Positions 47,082 through 58,319 of a stretch of 64,000 bases of DNA are shown here, piece after piece (position 1 is the stretch's first letter; each line of letters opens with the position of its first letter). The stretch is from Macrostomum lignano (Eukaryota), in the NCBI GenBank assembly GCA_002269645.1, contig NIVC01001521.1, forward strand, positions 210,702 to 274,701, given 5' to 3'. The position numbers and the translations under genes were made by a program. The notes beneath the pieces are model-generated. The model saw nothing but the letters and a program-made list of their open reading frames with translations, was not told the origin of the DNA and ran no database searches.

Positions 47082-48481
47082 GGTTCTTCTGCGATGACGT
47101 TAGCTTGCACTGGAAGTCTGCTAATTAAGACTTGCTGAACCAAGCTCGAGGTTGTTTCGTTATTGTCCTCACTCTTTTCCGGGAGCCTTGATAGCCCATC
47201 AGCATTGCAGTGATGGTCAGTTTTTCTGAACTTTATGTCGTACGAGTGCGCACCAAGGAGCATGGCCCATCTTTGCAATCGACTGGCTGCTACAGGTGGA
47301 ATCGGTCTTTGTGGATCAAATATCGCTATGAGAGGTTTGTGATCCACCAGCGTGAATGATCGACCAAACAAATACTCATTAAATTTCTTTAGACCAAAAA
47401 TTATCTCGAGAGCCTCTTTTTTTATCTGGGCGTAATTCTTTCAAGCCGACGACAGAGTTCTTGATGCATATGCAATCGGTCTATCCCCAGTCGGCGTTTC
47501 ATGCGAGATCACAGCTCCAAGACCGTAGGGTGAAGCATCACACTCTAACTTCAGCTTCTTCGACGGGTGATAGCGCATCAGTACCTTGCTCGAAATGAGT
47601 TGGTCCTTTATTTCACTAAAGGCAGACTCACAATCGTTCGACCAATCAAAACCGGCTTCTTTGCGCAATCTCTTATAGAATGGGTGCATTAACGTAGCTA
47701 GGTTTTGGATGAACTTCCCATAGTAATTTACCAGCCCAATCCAGGCTCTCAATTCAGAAATATTTTCAGGTCTCGGTGCATCCCGAATCGCCCTAACTTT
47801 GTCTCCAGTGGGATGGATTCCATTTTCATCCATTCTGTATCCAAGGAATGTGACTGATTGCTGCATAAACTTACATTTAGATTGCTTTAGTCTCACGCCA
47901 CGTTCTCGGAAACGTTGTAGTACAGCTCGCAGGTTGTTCAAATGTTCTTCGGAGTTCTTGCCAACCACAAGGACATCCTCAATAAAGCAAATGACCCCAT
48001 TCAATCCCTGTAGCATCTTGTCCACAGCCAGTTGAAATACAGCAGGTCCGCTTGCCAAGCCATATTGCAACCGCTGACACTGGTATAGTCCTTTGTGTGT
48101 ATTGAGTACCATGTACTGCTTGGAATCTTCATCAAGCTCCAGCTGTAGAAAGGCTTGTGTCGCATCCAGTTTAATAAAATATTTCCCTCCATTCAAAGCA
48201 CTAAAGAGGTCTTCCTATCTCGGTAGAGGGTACTGATCGACAAGTAGAACTTTGTTCAGGGTTGTTTTAAAGTCGGCGCAAATCCTCATTGATGTACCGT
48301 CAGGCTTTAGCACCGGTACAATCGGAGTGGCCCAGTCAGAATGCGTGACGGGGTGAATAACACCTTGCTTTTCTAGGCGATCAAGTTCAGCTTCAACAAA
48401 CGGCTTCATTGCAAAAGGCATGGTGCGAGCTTTGCAGAAAACCGGCTGACTTGCTTCTTTTATTTTCACAACTGCTTTCAC
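47078..48481 (-). pseudogene. Gypsy reverse transcriptase and RNase H
   Basis: WATPIVPVLKPDG, LQYGLASGPAVFQ, FIEDVLV (degenerate YxDD), ECDASPYGLGAV, DHKPL...RLQRWA. Confidence 0.92.
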
Positions 48482-48607
48482 TCCTGATATCTTTCCGATG
48501 TCTTATTTAAACACGTCAGAATAGTTGCTGAGGATTTCAACCAGATCATTTTTTTCTTGATTGGTAACAACCTTTCTAATATCTTCTAAATTGTTTAAAA
48601 TCTCATT

Positions 48608-49809
48608 TCAGTTTAGCTTCAATCCATCCTTGCCCATCCAGTCTCGACCAAGCAAATTCGATCCTTTTCCAGACACAGCGAGTATCGGAAGCTGCTTCTT
48701 CTGATCTATGTATTCGGCAGTGACCATACATTCACCAAATACTTCAATTTCTCCCCCCAAGTAGTGTCGGAGGTGGGTATTGCTGGGCTTTAGCTTTAAT
48801 CCCAGTCTTTCTGCAGTTTCCTTAGTCAGGATTGTTCGTTCGGCTCCAGTATCAATTTCCAGATGGACAGTAGTACCATTTATCTTCTTCATATCTAAAA
48901 AGTAGCCACGTGCCTTTCCACCAGACAATCTGTTGATACTGGGTGGCGAATCTGAACGGTTGCTGCTTAGTTCACCAGGTGTGATTTCTACGATTTGCTT
49001 ATTATGAAATCCATTTGATGGTACTGTTGATCTGCAAGCTATTCCCAAATGGCCTACCTTACCGCACTTCTTGCATTGTTTGTTGCAGTGCGGACAAGCG
49101 TTTGCCAAGTGGTCCATAGCGGAACACCGATAGCACTTCCGTTGATTTGCTGACTTATTTGTTGGGCGCAACTTAAATGGAAATGGAGCAGTTCCAGTAG
49201 GGCCTCGAAATGTGGATGGCTTATGTGTCTGAGGCTTCACTTTTCTTGTGTCCAATCTCTTCACATCGCTTGCAAGGCCTTGAATGCTTCGTGCATTTTT
49301 GCACGCATTTTCAATCACATGAGCTGCTTCAACTGCGTCCTTAAATGAAGACTTTTCTTCTAATGATGTAAGCAGTCTGTTCAGCATTTGCTCGTCTCGG
49401 AGACCGAAAACAAAGGCGTCTAAATGACAAACCTATTCGGACAAACAAAAGGCGCCTGATCCAAGAAGGTGTCGCAATTACAGCTTGCACTGAGGCTTCG
49501 TAGACTTACCACGAATTCGGCAACTGTTTCACCATCCCTTTACTTCCGTTGAGCAAACACAATTCTTTGTGCAATCGAACTCATTGTGGGCACAAACTGA
49601 GATTTGAGCGCTTTAAGTAGCTCATCGTAGGTCTTGTCCTTGCACTTCTGAGGAGCGATTGAATTCCGTAATATTGAGAATGCTTCCTCACCAATCAACG
49701 TGAGCAGATTAGCTTTATTTAGCGCCTAATCCGTAATTTTGTTTGCCACCAGGTAAAATTCGAGTCTTCGTACCCAGCTGCGCGGATTGCTGCAGTTAAA
49801 AGTTTCCAT
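48608..49809 (-). pseudogene. Gypsy gag (two CCHC knuckles) plus aspartic protease
   Basis: ATG at 49809 (METFNCSNPRSWVRRLEFYL...), knuckles CYRCSAMDHLANAC and CKKCGKVGHLGIAC, protease motif EIDTGA. In-frame stops. Confidence 0.88.
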
Positions 49810-50081
49810 TGTCGTCCTCGTCGGAATTTGTTGTGTCGAAATGGGTCCGAATAGGTTTGTCAGGTTTGACAGATAAAAGTGCATACGATTGTATAGTTGA
49901 ATCCGGCTCGTAGCCGTAAGAAAATGCGCAGTCTTGTTTTAGAAAGTAACAGAGTTAGTGAACTGCAAGAGTCAAAATAAATAGCTCGTATTCAATACCA
50001 TAGACATCACAGTTCATAAGCACCCTCAGTCAAGTATCAGTGCAAACTCATCAAAATCATGAGGTCGGATGTGCAAGTTTA

Positions 50082-50446
50082 TTAGCAAGGAACATGTACT
50101 GCGCATTCGCATGGATAAATGTCCAGCATGGGAAATATCTGCACGAAGTGTCGTAAAAGAAGCCACTGCTTGTGCCATATGGGAAGATCCACCCAGGATT
50201 TCAGTGCTCTGTGAATGATCTCTGAAGTGCTTGAGTCCCAGCCCAGAGAGTTAAAGAGTTCTATGGAATTCTCCTTATTAAGCATAGCAAACCACCCAGT
50301 GACCAAAGGATGAGCTGTACTGAAGCAGAAATAAAAAAGCTTACAGTGAAATAATTTTTGTGAGATTTTGGATTCAATTTAATTATTAAACAGTCATTCG
50401 GTGGAAAAAAGCTTTTAGTCAGTTTAAGCAATTGAAAAGCATCCAT
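50082..50446 (-). pseudogene. Adenain-like cysteine protease remnant
   Basis: Across frameshifts: CLIIKLNP...GHWVVC...ELFNSLG, resembling the IVNTDP...GxHW...EYFDSYG pattern. Confidence 0.6.
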
Positions 50447-50523
50447 ATTACCTTGTAGCAGCGTACTTCTAGGATGGAAAGTCTAGCAAAATCTCCCTGT
50501 GCTTGGTGACCTCAATCAGTGAG

Positions 50524-51707
50524 TCATACAGGCACATAACAATCAGAGATACAGGCTCCTCCAGGGCCTGACGGAAGCGAATCTCCAGCCGCAAATTGCC
50601 CTCCTTCTGTCCGTACCACAGGGCCGCCTCCCTCAGGCGTGAGATCGAATGCGAAAGCTGTGTTGCCGTTGGAGAACAACTGGTAGGGGACCCACGGAAC
50701 CGAGTTGGTAGGGCTGGCTGACTGACAGCTTTTCAGGTAGTGCAAGTACTCTCTCACGAATGAATTATTCTCAGGTGCAAATGCACTGTGGCACATGGCT
50801 TCACCACCTTTCTTTAGTGCTAGCTGGCTGAGATCGAAGCTCTGGAACTCGAAGGAGCTGGAATGATGATGGCCATTGAAGGCTCGATGGTTCACGAAGA
50901 CCAGCATAACGAACTTCGGCAGTTTGTCATGAGTGAATCCTTCAATGTTTTTGACTGAATTCCGTGAGGTAGAATAAAGTTTTGCATTTCGGTTTATGCG
51001 CCAGGCTGATGTGAGGCGCCACTTTGACTCGGCGCAGGTTCAGAATGCAGTGGGAGATTTCCATTCGGTAGGCTGTGTTGTTCTCATCTGGGGTTCGGAT
51101 GGCGAATGCAGCATCGCTGGGCATCAGCTTGATGTGCAGGTGTAAATTGTTCAGCAGCAGAACAGGACACTGGAAGATGTCGCTGAGCAGTGGTCCCGCA
51201 TACTCCACCCAGCGGGACTCCCTGTGTCTCTCGGCATGCCCCTCAGCAGCAGTTTCGGGTTCCAGGAATCCGGCGGGGTAGAACTTTAACTGCTGAGCAT
51301 CGGATGAGCTCATGAGAGCTTTTAGGTAGGCATGGTAGGGGTAGAGCTGGTCTCCACCTGATACAATGCGCTGGTTGATGCTCACGATTACATCTGAGAA
51401 TGCTGTAGTCAGGACAAAGTTTTCTGGGTGCACCCCACTGTCTCTGCGCTCAGTGACAACTCCATCGGCATTCCGAACCTCCTCCCATCAAAGCCCCGCC
51501 AAGCCGGACTAGGCGACAGCGAATATACAGGAATGAGCTCAGCAGATCAGTGTACTCATCAGCCGATGGATTGCAGCCGAATTCAATAGGTGAGTTAGTA
51601 GTAATAGAGTTCACGGGGTGAATATCAACATATGTGGATTTTTCAATGGCGATCTGCAGCATGGGGGACTTGAACAAATCGAGTCTCGGGTTGAATCCGT
51701 AAGCCAT
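50524..51707 (-). pseudogene. Polinton major capsid protein (PY, double jelly-roll), frameshifted
   Basis: LDLFKSPMLQIAIEKSTYVDIHP...PIEF...YTDLLSSFLYIRC; FSDVIVSINQ...YPYHAYLK; GPLLSDIF...CILNLRRVKV; AFNG...FDL...AFAFDLTP. Confidence 0.85.
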
Positions 51708-51709
51708 TG

Positions 51710-52078
51710 CTATGAGAGCGAGTCCAGAACACGTTTCACAGTTTTTTTGCTCACTTTTTGCTTTCCTTTGCCTGTTTTCTTGCTTCGAGTTTTAGACCTC
51801 CCTTTCTTAGGTTTATTTCGCCCTGACTGGCTTGTTTTCGGTGATTTCTCAGTCTTACTCTTTTTCTTCTTTTTTATCTGCCTCTTACTGCTCTGTTTGA
51901 CTAGTCTTTGCTTTGTTCTTTTTCCACTGCTTCTGCCTCTGTTGTTGCTGCTGCTGCCGCTGGTGCTGGTATGGGCTGGCTTTGATAGCGATAATGACTG
52001 TGTGGAAGCTTCTGGAGGAGGCTGGTAAGTCATAATTCCTGGAAAACTCCCACAGCCATAGAGCGCCGGCTTTTGCAT
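51710..52078 (-). CDS. Small Lys/Arg-rich Polinton protein (putative core/DNA-condensing protein)
   Basis: Intact 122-aa ORF with a strongly basic C-terminal half. Its stop lies 2 nt before the capsid ATG. Confidence 0.6.
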   Translation of the reverse strand: MQKPALYGCGSFPGIMTYQPPPEASTQSLSLSKPAHTSTSGSSSNNRGRSSGKRTKQRLVKQSSKRQIKKKKKSKTEKSPKTSQSGRNKPKKGRSKTRSKKTGKGKQKVSKKTVKRVLDSLS

Positions 52079-52126
52079 GGCTTCCGGCCAGAGTCCCTGA
52101 ATACTGACGAATCAGCTGTTGATAGT

Positions 52127-52953
52127 TTATTGTATTAGCCTTTCCCGAATATAAACTGTGAGCAGAACAGGGCTGCTGCTCCGAGCAGTCAGTGAGTAGC
52201 CAAAGATGTCACGCAGTTGAAATCTGATGCCATGTAGAAAATTAGCTTTCTGAATCGGGAAGAAAATTGCTTTCTTAAACACTTTGCTCATGTAGCTGCC
52301 CCATTTGACATCGGATGACATGCTCACAGTTCGCAGCACGGAGTTCCAGTTGCAGTTTGTTGGCTCCACAATGCTGCAGTGCAAGTTGATCAGGTTGGTG
52401 GGCGGACAACCGATGCAGCAGCGTGAAACTTGCCGTCCGGTGGGATCTTCACAGGCTGGTTTCCGAATCCCAGCCACTGCAGAATTTTACTTGATGGAAG
52501 GAACAATTCTGCTCGAGCCGTGTTGTTGAGCACTACCGTTCTCAATTCTTGGATTTCAAACTTTATGCCAATATCTCTAGCGCTGCTCCGCCCCATTAAA
52601 CCGGACTCATCAGCTTCCATTTCAGACTCCCTTTCGCTCATTGCATCAAAGAACAGTGACTCAGAGTTGGCCAGCAGCTCATTCATGCGCTCAACCAGTT
52701 CCTCCACTCTAGCAAAGCGTCCGGGTTGAAGAACCAGGGTCTCATGCTCTCTTCCATCTGAGACAGTGAAGCAGTAAGGCTCGTCAACATTGAACCATGC
52801 AGCAGGCAGATGGATTTCAGCCAGACCTGCCTCATAGTCCACATTTCGATCCAAGTAAATAGGTGAAGGCAGGTGAAAATGAAAGTCATTAGGAGTACCT
52901 TCAGCATTTTCGCTACAAATGATGATGCTTCTCATAGTTGGGAATGGCTGCAC
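52127..52953 (-). pseudogene. Polinton minor capsid (penton)-like protein, frameshifted
   Basis: N-terminus TPNDFHFHLPSPIYL...EAGLAEIHLPAAWFNV and C-terminus FFPIQK...IRFQLRDIFG resemble the Maverick minor-capsid pattern. Confidence 0.7.
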
Positions 52954-52965
52954 AATGTCGTTATC

Positions 52966-53949
52966 TTACACTTTTCTTAAGTCCTTCTCATCCACCCAGT
53001 CAGTCGAGTTGTAGCCGGCCCACTTGACGAGATATCGGATCTTACCCTTCCGCTTCTCAGTCTTCAGAGCCTTCTCGATTACATACAGCCGCTGCGAGTC
53101 TGGAACAGCTTGCAGCTCATGCTCGTGGAATAGGCCTCTAATGTCTTCCCCCTTCATGTCTCGAATCCTGTACATGTAGGGATAATGCTTTGGTGCCCTA
53201 GACACTATGGTGTACACCTCCTCGCTCCAGTTCGCCTTGTATCCCTTCCTGAAGAGTCTGGGTGCATTGAAAATCCGCACTGATTGGTTTTCACGGAACT
53301 TCGGTTTTCTCAGTTTCTCAACTGTCTCAATCGCTTTCCCATCATAAAGGTTCATCCATGCTTCAGTCTCGTTTGCTTTGCTGACATTCATAGGTGTAGT
53401 CTTGATGCTTCTGTGGAAAGTATTGTTATAGGACTTGACCAGTTTAGGCAGCACATCAAGCCATTGTAGAGTGCTGTTGTGAGTAAAGTAACGCAACATC
53501 TTACTTTTTAAAGTTCGACTCCATCTTTCAATTATGGCTGATTTCCTTTCCCTGATCTGTGCGGACAGTGCGCGGCTGCCGCTTTGAGCTCTTCAGCATG
53601 CTCTCAAACGCAGATTTCACTTCTGCCGCACTCTTAGACTTCAGTGCTCTGGCCATTGCAATTTTGGATAAAACACCAATGCAGGTGAGAATGTATTTTT
53701 TCCCGCGATTGTACTTCGCAAATGGAATCATTTCCACCAGATCCATCTCCCACTGATCATCAATGGCCCTCACTATTATTGGCACCCTTGGAAATCGTAC
53801 TCTAGCTGGTTTATGTACTGGCTGCTGACTTAGCCACTGCTGAATGCTCTTAACTCCAATATGCTCGCCTCTTTTTCGCAGTTCATGTTTCAGTTTTGAA
53901 GAACTGCAATCGCTCGCAGGCTGATTTGGGTTGAAATATTTTTTTCCAT
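52966..53949 (-). pseudogene. Polinton integrase with C-terminal chromodomain (frameshifted)
   Basis: YFNPNQP...HKPAR...DDQWEMDL...TDQGKE, then KANWSEEVY...G.FHEHELQ...IEKAL...YLVKWAGY. Confidence 0.9.
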
Positions 53950-53992
53950 TTTCAGAAACAAGGAAACATATTTCAATTTCTTTTTTTCTTAA

Positions 53993-55850
53993 TGATGGGT
54001 TTCGACCTTCGGGCCCCTTGTTAGGGAAGCCTTCGGGCCTCAGGCCTCAGAAATAAATCAATTAGAGTCCTGGCCCCCTCACTCCTGTCAGATGGTCAGC
54101 CCCCATGGTAGCTTGATCGTGTGGCGAGCAGTCTAGGTCCTATAGCTAAGAGAGGGACAGCGAGAGACGAGCAGGGAGAATTTTGAAGGTAGAAATTAGC
54201 TAATCCGCAGACTAAGCTAACTCGCTGCCACCAGCCCGTGCGCCCTAACTCACCACACCGGGGCTCTCGAAATCGGGCTTCCGACTAGAAGGGGCTTTGC
54301 ACTTACCTGCCAACTAGTGTCTTTTCGCTGTCAATCTCGAAGTCATAGCCGATGATAAAGGACACTGCTGGGACTAGATCGCATTGGCCATGCAGGTACA
54401 GAGGGGACTTGTGCAGGGATTCTTGCAGTGGCGAGACTATGGGGTAGCTACATGTACTATTACATTGCTAAATACGAAGATATGTACTTTTGGCCTTCAA
54501 CGCGCCAACTAGCCTCTCATAGCGCTGATGATAGACTAACTCGAACTTCAGAGACCGCATGATTCATCACCCGAGCCGCTTGGCGAACCTAGAGTGCACA
54601 AAGTACATCTCTGGCGCCGATTCTGCACTTCTGGCAGTTTTACTCACTGATTTGATTGATTGATCGACTGAGAACCGCCTTGCCATTGGTCCACTGTGAC
54701 CGGCGCCTACTAGCTTAGCTACTCATCTGAGCCATCGGCGAACAAAGAACTAAAACCGATAAAATAACTGTTAGATTTAACCTTCTCCTTAGATCACTTC
54801 ACACCTCAGATTGAATTGGAGTTTCAGACTACTAGCAGTATTATTGAATGACTTCTGCCTCAGCAACAGCACTACTGAACAAAATGAGCAAAAGTGTGCG
54901 CCTAATTCAGCTACTGAAATAAGGGACAGACAGGGAATCACCCAATCAAGCAAGTCTAGGTAGCCTCTCACCCAACCAATCAGAAACTCAACAGCCGGAG
55001 ACCAGGAAATCCACGGTGACCGAATCGGCTTGATGCTTCGCAGCTGTAGACTCGGGATGATGCTGACACAATCTTCGCTGATAGCTAGCAGGTGATGATC
55101 TTAACTTTGATGTTCGCTGCTGCTGACCGGGGGACTCGTCCTTGATGATGATGGGGGGGGGGGAAGTCGCAATCCGGGGATCAAGAAACGACAGTCAGGC
55201 TTCAGGAATCAGAAGTTGCGTGCTGTGCCCGAGCAAGAGTGAGTCCGAGCGGGCCAAAAACACCGGTTTAAATAGCCGCCAACTGGACCACAGTTTGTTA
55301 TAATGGAACACGTCGATTCTGATTGGCTGAGCCGTTTTGTTAAAATGAGCGCCGAATTTTCTGATTGGCTGAGCTAGTTGCCACCCAAAATCACGTGACC
55401 GGGAGATCCTATCAGTTCCCACAGGGTCATAAAAAGATGACAGATGCGGCCATAAATCAATCAAAATCGCAACAAAATGATTTATGACTTTTCGCGTAGG
55501 ATTGACAGAAATTAATGTGAAAATATTCATTAGAAAGCCCTTATTAAGTAGAAAGTAAAGATGATGAAGAGAAATCGCTAATCGCTAATCCCAAAGTACT
55601 TTTAGGGGTAAAACGCATAACTGTCAAAGCTGTCACACGCTTGAGTGAATCCGAACAATAGGCTCTGACCTCATAAATCTGATGGCCTGTCAAAAATGAT
55701 GAGAAAAAAGCTACTATTCGCATCCCCTCAGACCATCTGGCGCCGGCCTCAACACTGAGTGAGGCGCAGGTGGCTGTCAGACCAACTTTTAAAACGATGA
55801 TTTATGACTCAAAAAGTCACGCCTATGCTATTATGCCTACTAGTATGACC
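53993..55850 (-). mobile_element. LTR copy A (about 1.86 kb), no adjacent PBS, inverted relative to copy B
   Basis: Reverse complement of 56442-58299. Its 3' end (...CCCATCA on minus) lies at 53993. Confidence 0.85.
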
Positions 55851-56441
55851 AAACCATTGCGGGCCATTGCGAGACGCTTGAAGCCTCGGCAACAGAGCTG
55901 CAGCCGCAGGCAGGGGTGTCGGAACCGGGGGGGGGGGGGCTGGAGCTCCCCACTATTTAGCATGATCCTGCAAATTCCCTTTTTAATTTTAAACAAATGT
56001 TGGCCGGTTTTGGGCTTTGGCTTTTCTGGGTCTTTCTGAGTCTTTGGTTTTTCTGAGGGTACAAGCTGGAGCTAGAGGGCGCCGTTGCTATCCTGCACAC
56101 CCTAGAGTCAATGTACATGTAAGAAAAAAGAATGTACCGTCGCCAGTGGGGGGCAGTGGTGGTACTAGGGGTTTGTACACAGCTTGTGCGCCCTTCCCCA
56201 AGCGACAAGCCTCCTTTCTTTCTTTCTCTGCCCCCCATCGGCACCGTTTGTGATTGTATAGGCGTCGTCACCCTCAATCGGGTATGTGGACAAATAACAA
56301 ATAAGTTAATTGATGAGGACGCACTTTTTCCCAAATCCCGCGCTAGCACATGGGCTCTAAACTTACTAGCCTACTAACAGTGGGCAATGGGCATTTTTAT
56401 CCTTTTTCTGCGAATAGTCATATAATCTATACTAGATATAA

Positions 56442-58299
56442 TGTCATACTAGTAGTCATAATAACATAGGCATTGCTTTTTGGGTCATAAATCATCGCTT
56501 TCGAAGCTGGTCTGACAGCCACCTGCGCCTCACTCAGTGTTGAGACGGGCGCCAGATGGTCTGAGAGGATACGGGCGGTAGCTTTTTTCTCATCATTTTG
56601 ACAGGCCATCAAGATTTACGAGGTCAGAGCCTATTGTTCGTGTTCACTCAAGCGTGTGACAGCTTTGACAGCTATGCGTTTTACCCCTAAAAGTACTTTG
56701 GGATTAGCGATTAGCAATTTCTCTTCATTATCTTCACTTTCTATTTAATAAGAGCTTTCTAATGTATATTTTTTCACTAATTTCTGTCAATCCTACGCGA
56801 AAAGTCATAAATCATTTTGTTGCGATTTTGATTGATTTATGGCCGCACCTGTCATCTTTTTACGACCCTATGGGAACTGATAGGATCTCCCGGTCACGTG
56901 ATTTTGGGTGGCAACTAGCTCAGCCAATCAGAAAATTCGGCGCTCATTTTAACAAAACGGCTCAGCCAATCAAAATCGACGTGTTCCATTGTAACAAACT
57001 GCGGTCCAGTTGGCGGCTATTTAAACCGGTGTTTTTGGCCCGCGCGGACCTCAACCTCCTGGGATCTTAGCCTAGCTTGAGACATCCCGGAGCGCGACCG
57101 TCGTTTCTTGATCCCCGGATTGCGACTTCCCCCCCCCATCATCATCAAGGACGAGTCCCCCGGTCAGCAGCAGCGAACATCAAAGTTAAGATCATCACCT
57201 GCTAGCTATCAGCGAAGATTGTGTCAGCATCATCCCGAGTCTACAGCTGCGAAGCATCAAGCCGATTCGGTCACCGTGGATTTCCTGGTCTCCGGCTGTT
57301 GAGTTTCTGATTGGTTGGGTGAGAGGCTACCTAGACTTGCTTGATTGGGTGATTCCCTGTCTGTCCCTTATTTCAGTAGCTGAATTAGGCGCACACTTTT
57401 GCTCATTTTGTTCAGTAGTGCTGTTGCTGAGGCAGAAGTCATTCAATAATACTGCTAGTAGTCTGAAACTCCAATTCAATCTGAGGTGTGAAGTGATCTA
57501 AGGAGAAGGTTAAATCTAACAGTTATTTTATCGGTTTTAGTTCTTTGTTCGCCGATGGCTCAGATGAGTAGCTAAGCTAGTAGGCGCCGGTCACAGTGGA
57601 CCAATGGCAAGGCGGTTCTCAGTCGATCAATCAATCAAATCAGTGAGTAAAACTGCCAGAAGTGCAGAATCGGCGCCAGAGATGTACTTTGTGCACTCTA
57701 GGTTCGCCAAGCGGCTCGGGTGATGAATCATGCGGTCTCTGAAGTTCGAGTTAGTCTATCATCAGCGCTATGAGAGGCTAGTTGGTGCGTTGAAGGCCAA
57801 AAGTACATATCTTCGTATTTAGCAATGTAATAGTACATGTAGCTACCCCATAGTCTCGCCACTGCAAGAATCCCCTGCACAAGTCCCCTCTGTACCTGCA
57901 TGGCCAATGCGATCTAGTCCCAGCAGTGTCCTTTATCATCGGCTATGACTTCGAGATTGACAGCAAAAATACACTAGTTGGCAGGTAAGTGCAAAGCCCC
58001 TTCTAGTCGGAAGCCCGATTTCGAGAGCCCCGGTGTGGTGAGTTAGGGCGCACGGGCTGGTGGCAGCGAGTTAGCTTAGTCTGCGGATTAGCTAATTTCT
58101 ACCTTCAAAATTCTCCCTGCTCGTCTCTCGCTGTCCCTCTCTTAGCTATAGGACCTAGACTGCTCGCCACACGATCAAGCTACCATGGGGGCTGACCATC
58201 TGACAGGAGTGAGGGGGCCAGGACTCTAATTGATTTATTTCTGAGGCCTGAGGCCCGAAGGCTTCCCTAACAAGGGGGCCGAAAGGTCGAAACCCATCA
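56442..58299 (+). mobile_element. LTR copy B (about 1.86 kb), 5' LTR of a Gypsy-type element
   Basis: TGTCATAC...CCCATCA, followed after 2 nt by a tRNA-Leu PBS. Two CCAAT boxes (56924, 56966) and TATTTAAA (57018-57025). Confidence 0.85.
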
Positions 58300-58301
58300 A
58301 A

Positions 58302-58319
58302 TGGTGGCAGCGGTGGGAT
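58302..58319 (+). promoter_or_regulatory. Primer-binding site (tRNA-Leu)
   Basis: TGGTGGCAGCGGTGGGAT. Confidence 0.88.

Larger units (their letters stand above)
45598..50011 (-). mobile_element. Full-length decayed Ty3/Gypsy (Mag-like) LTR retrotransposon, 4.4 kb
   Basis: LTRs at 45598-45782 and 49829-50011 (TGTGATGTC...CACAACA on minus), 5-bp TSD GTTCA and PPT aaagggagggg. Domain order gag-PR-RT-RH-INT, with stops and frameshifts. Confidence 0.95.
50060..53992 (-). mobile_element. Polinton/Maverick (adintovirus-like) fragment, decayed
   Basis: Co-oriented retroviral-type integrase with chromodomain, penton-like ORF, basic ORF, major capsid and adenain-like protease. No pPolB, ATPase or TIR seen. 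Confidence 0.88.

Noticed and set aside
55195-57070. About 100-aa ORF open in both LTR copies (55195..55530 minus, 56762..57070 plus)
   Set aside because: It overlies CCAAT/TATA motifs, and about 4 synonymous versus 7 nonsynonymous differences is not convincing evidence of coding constraint.
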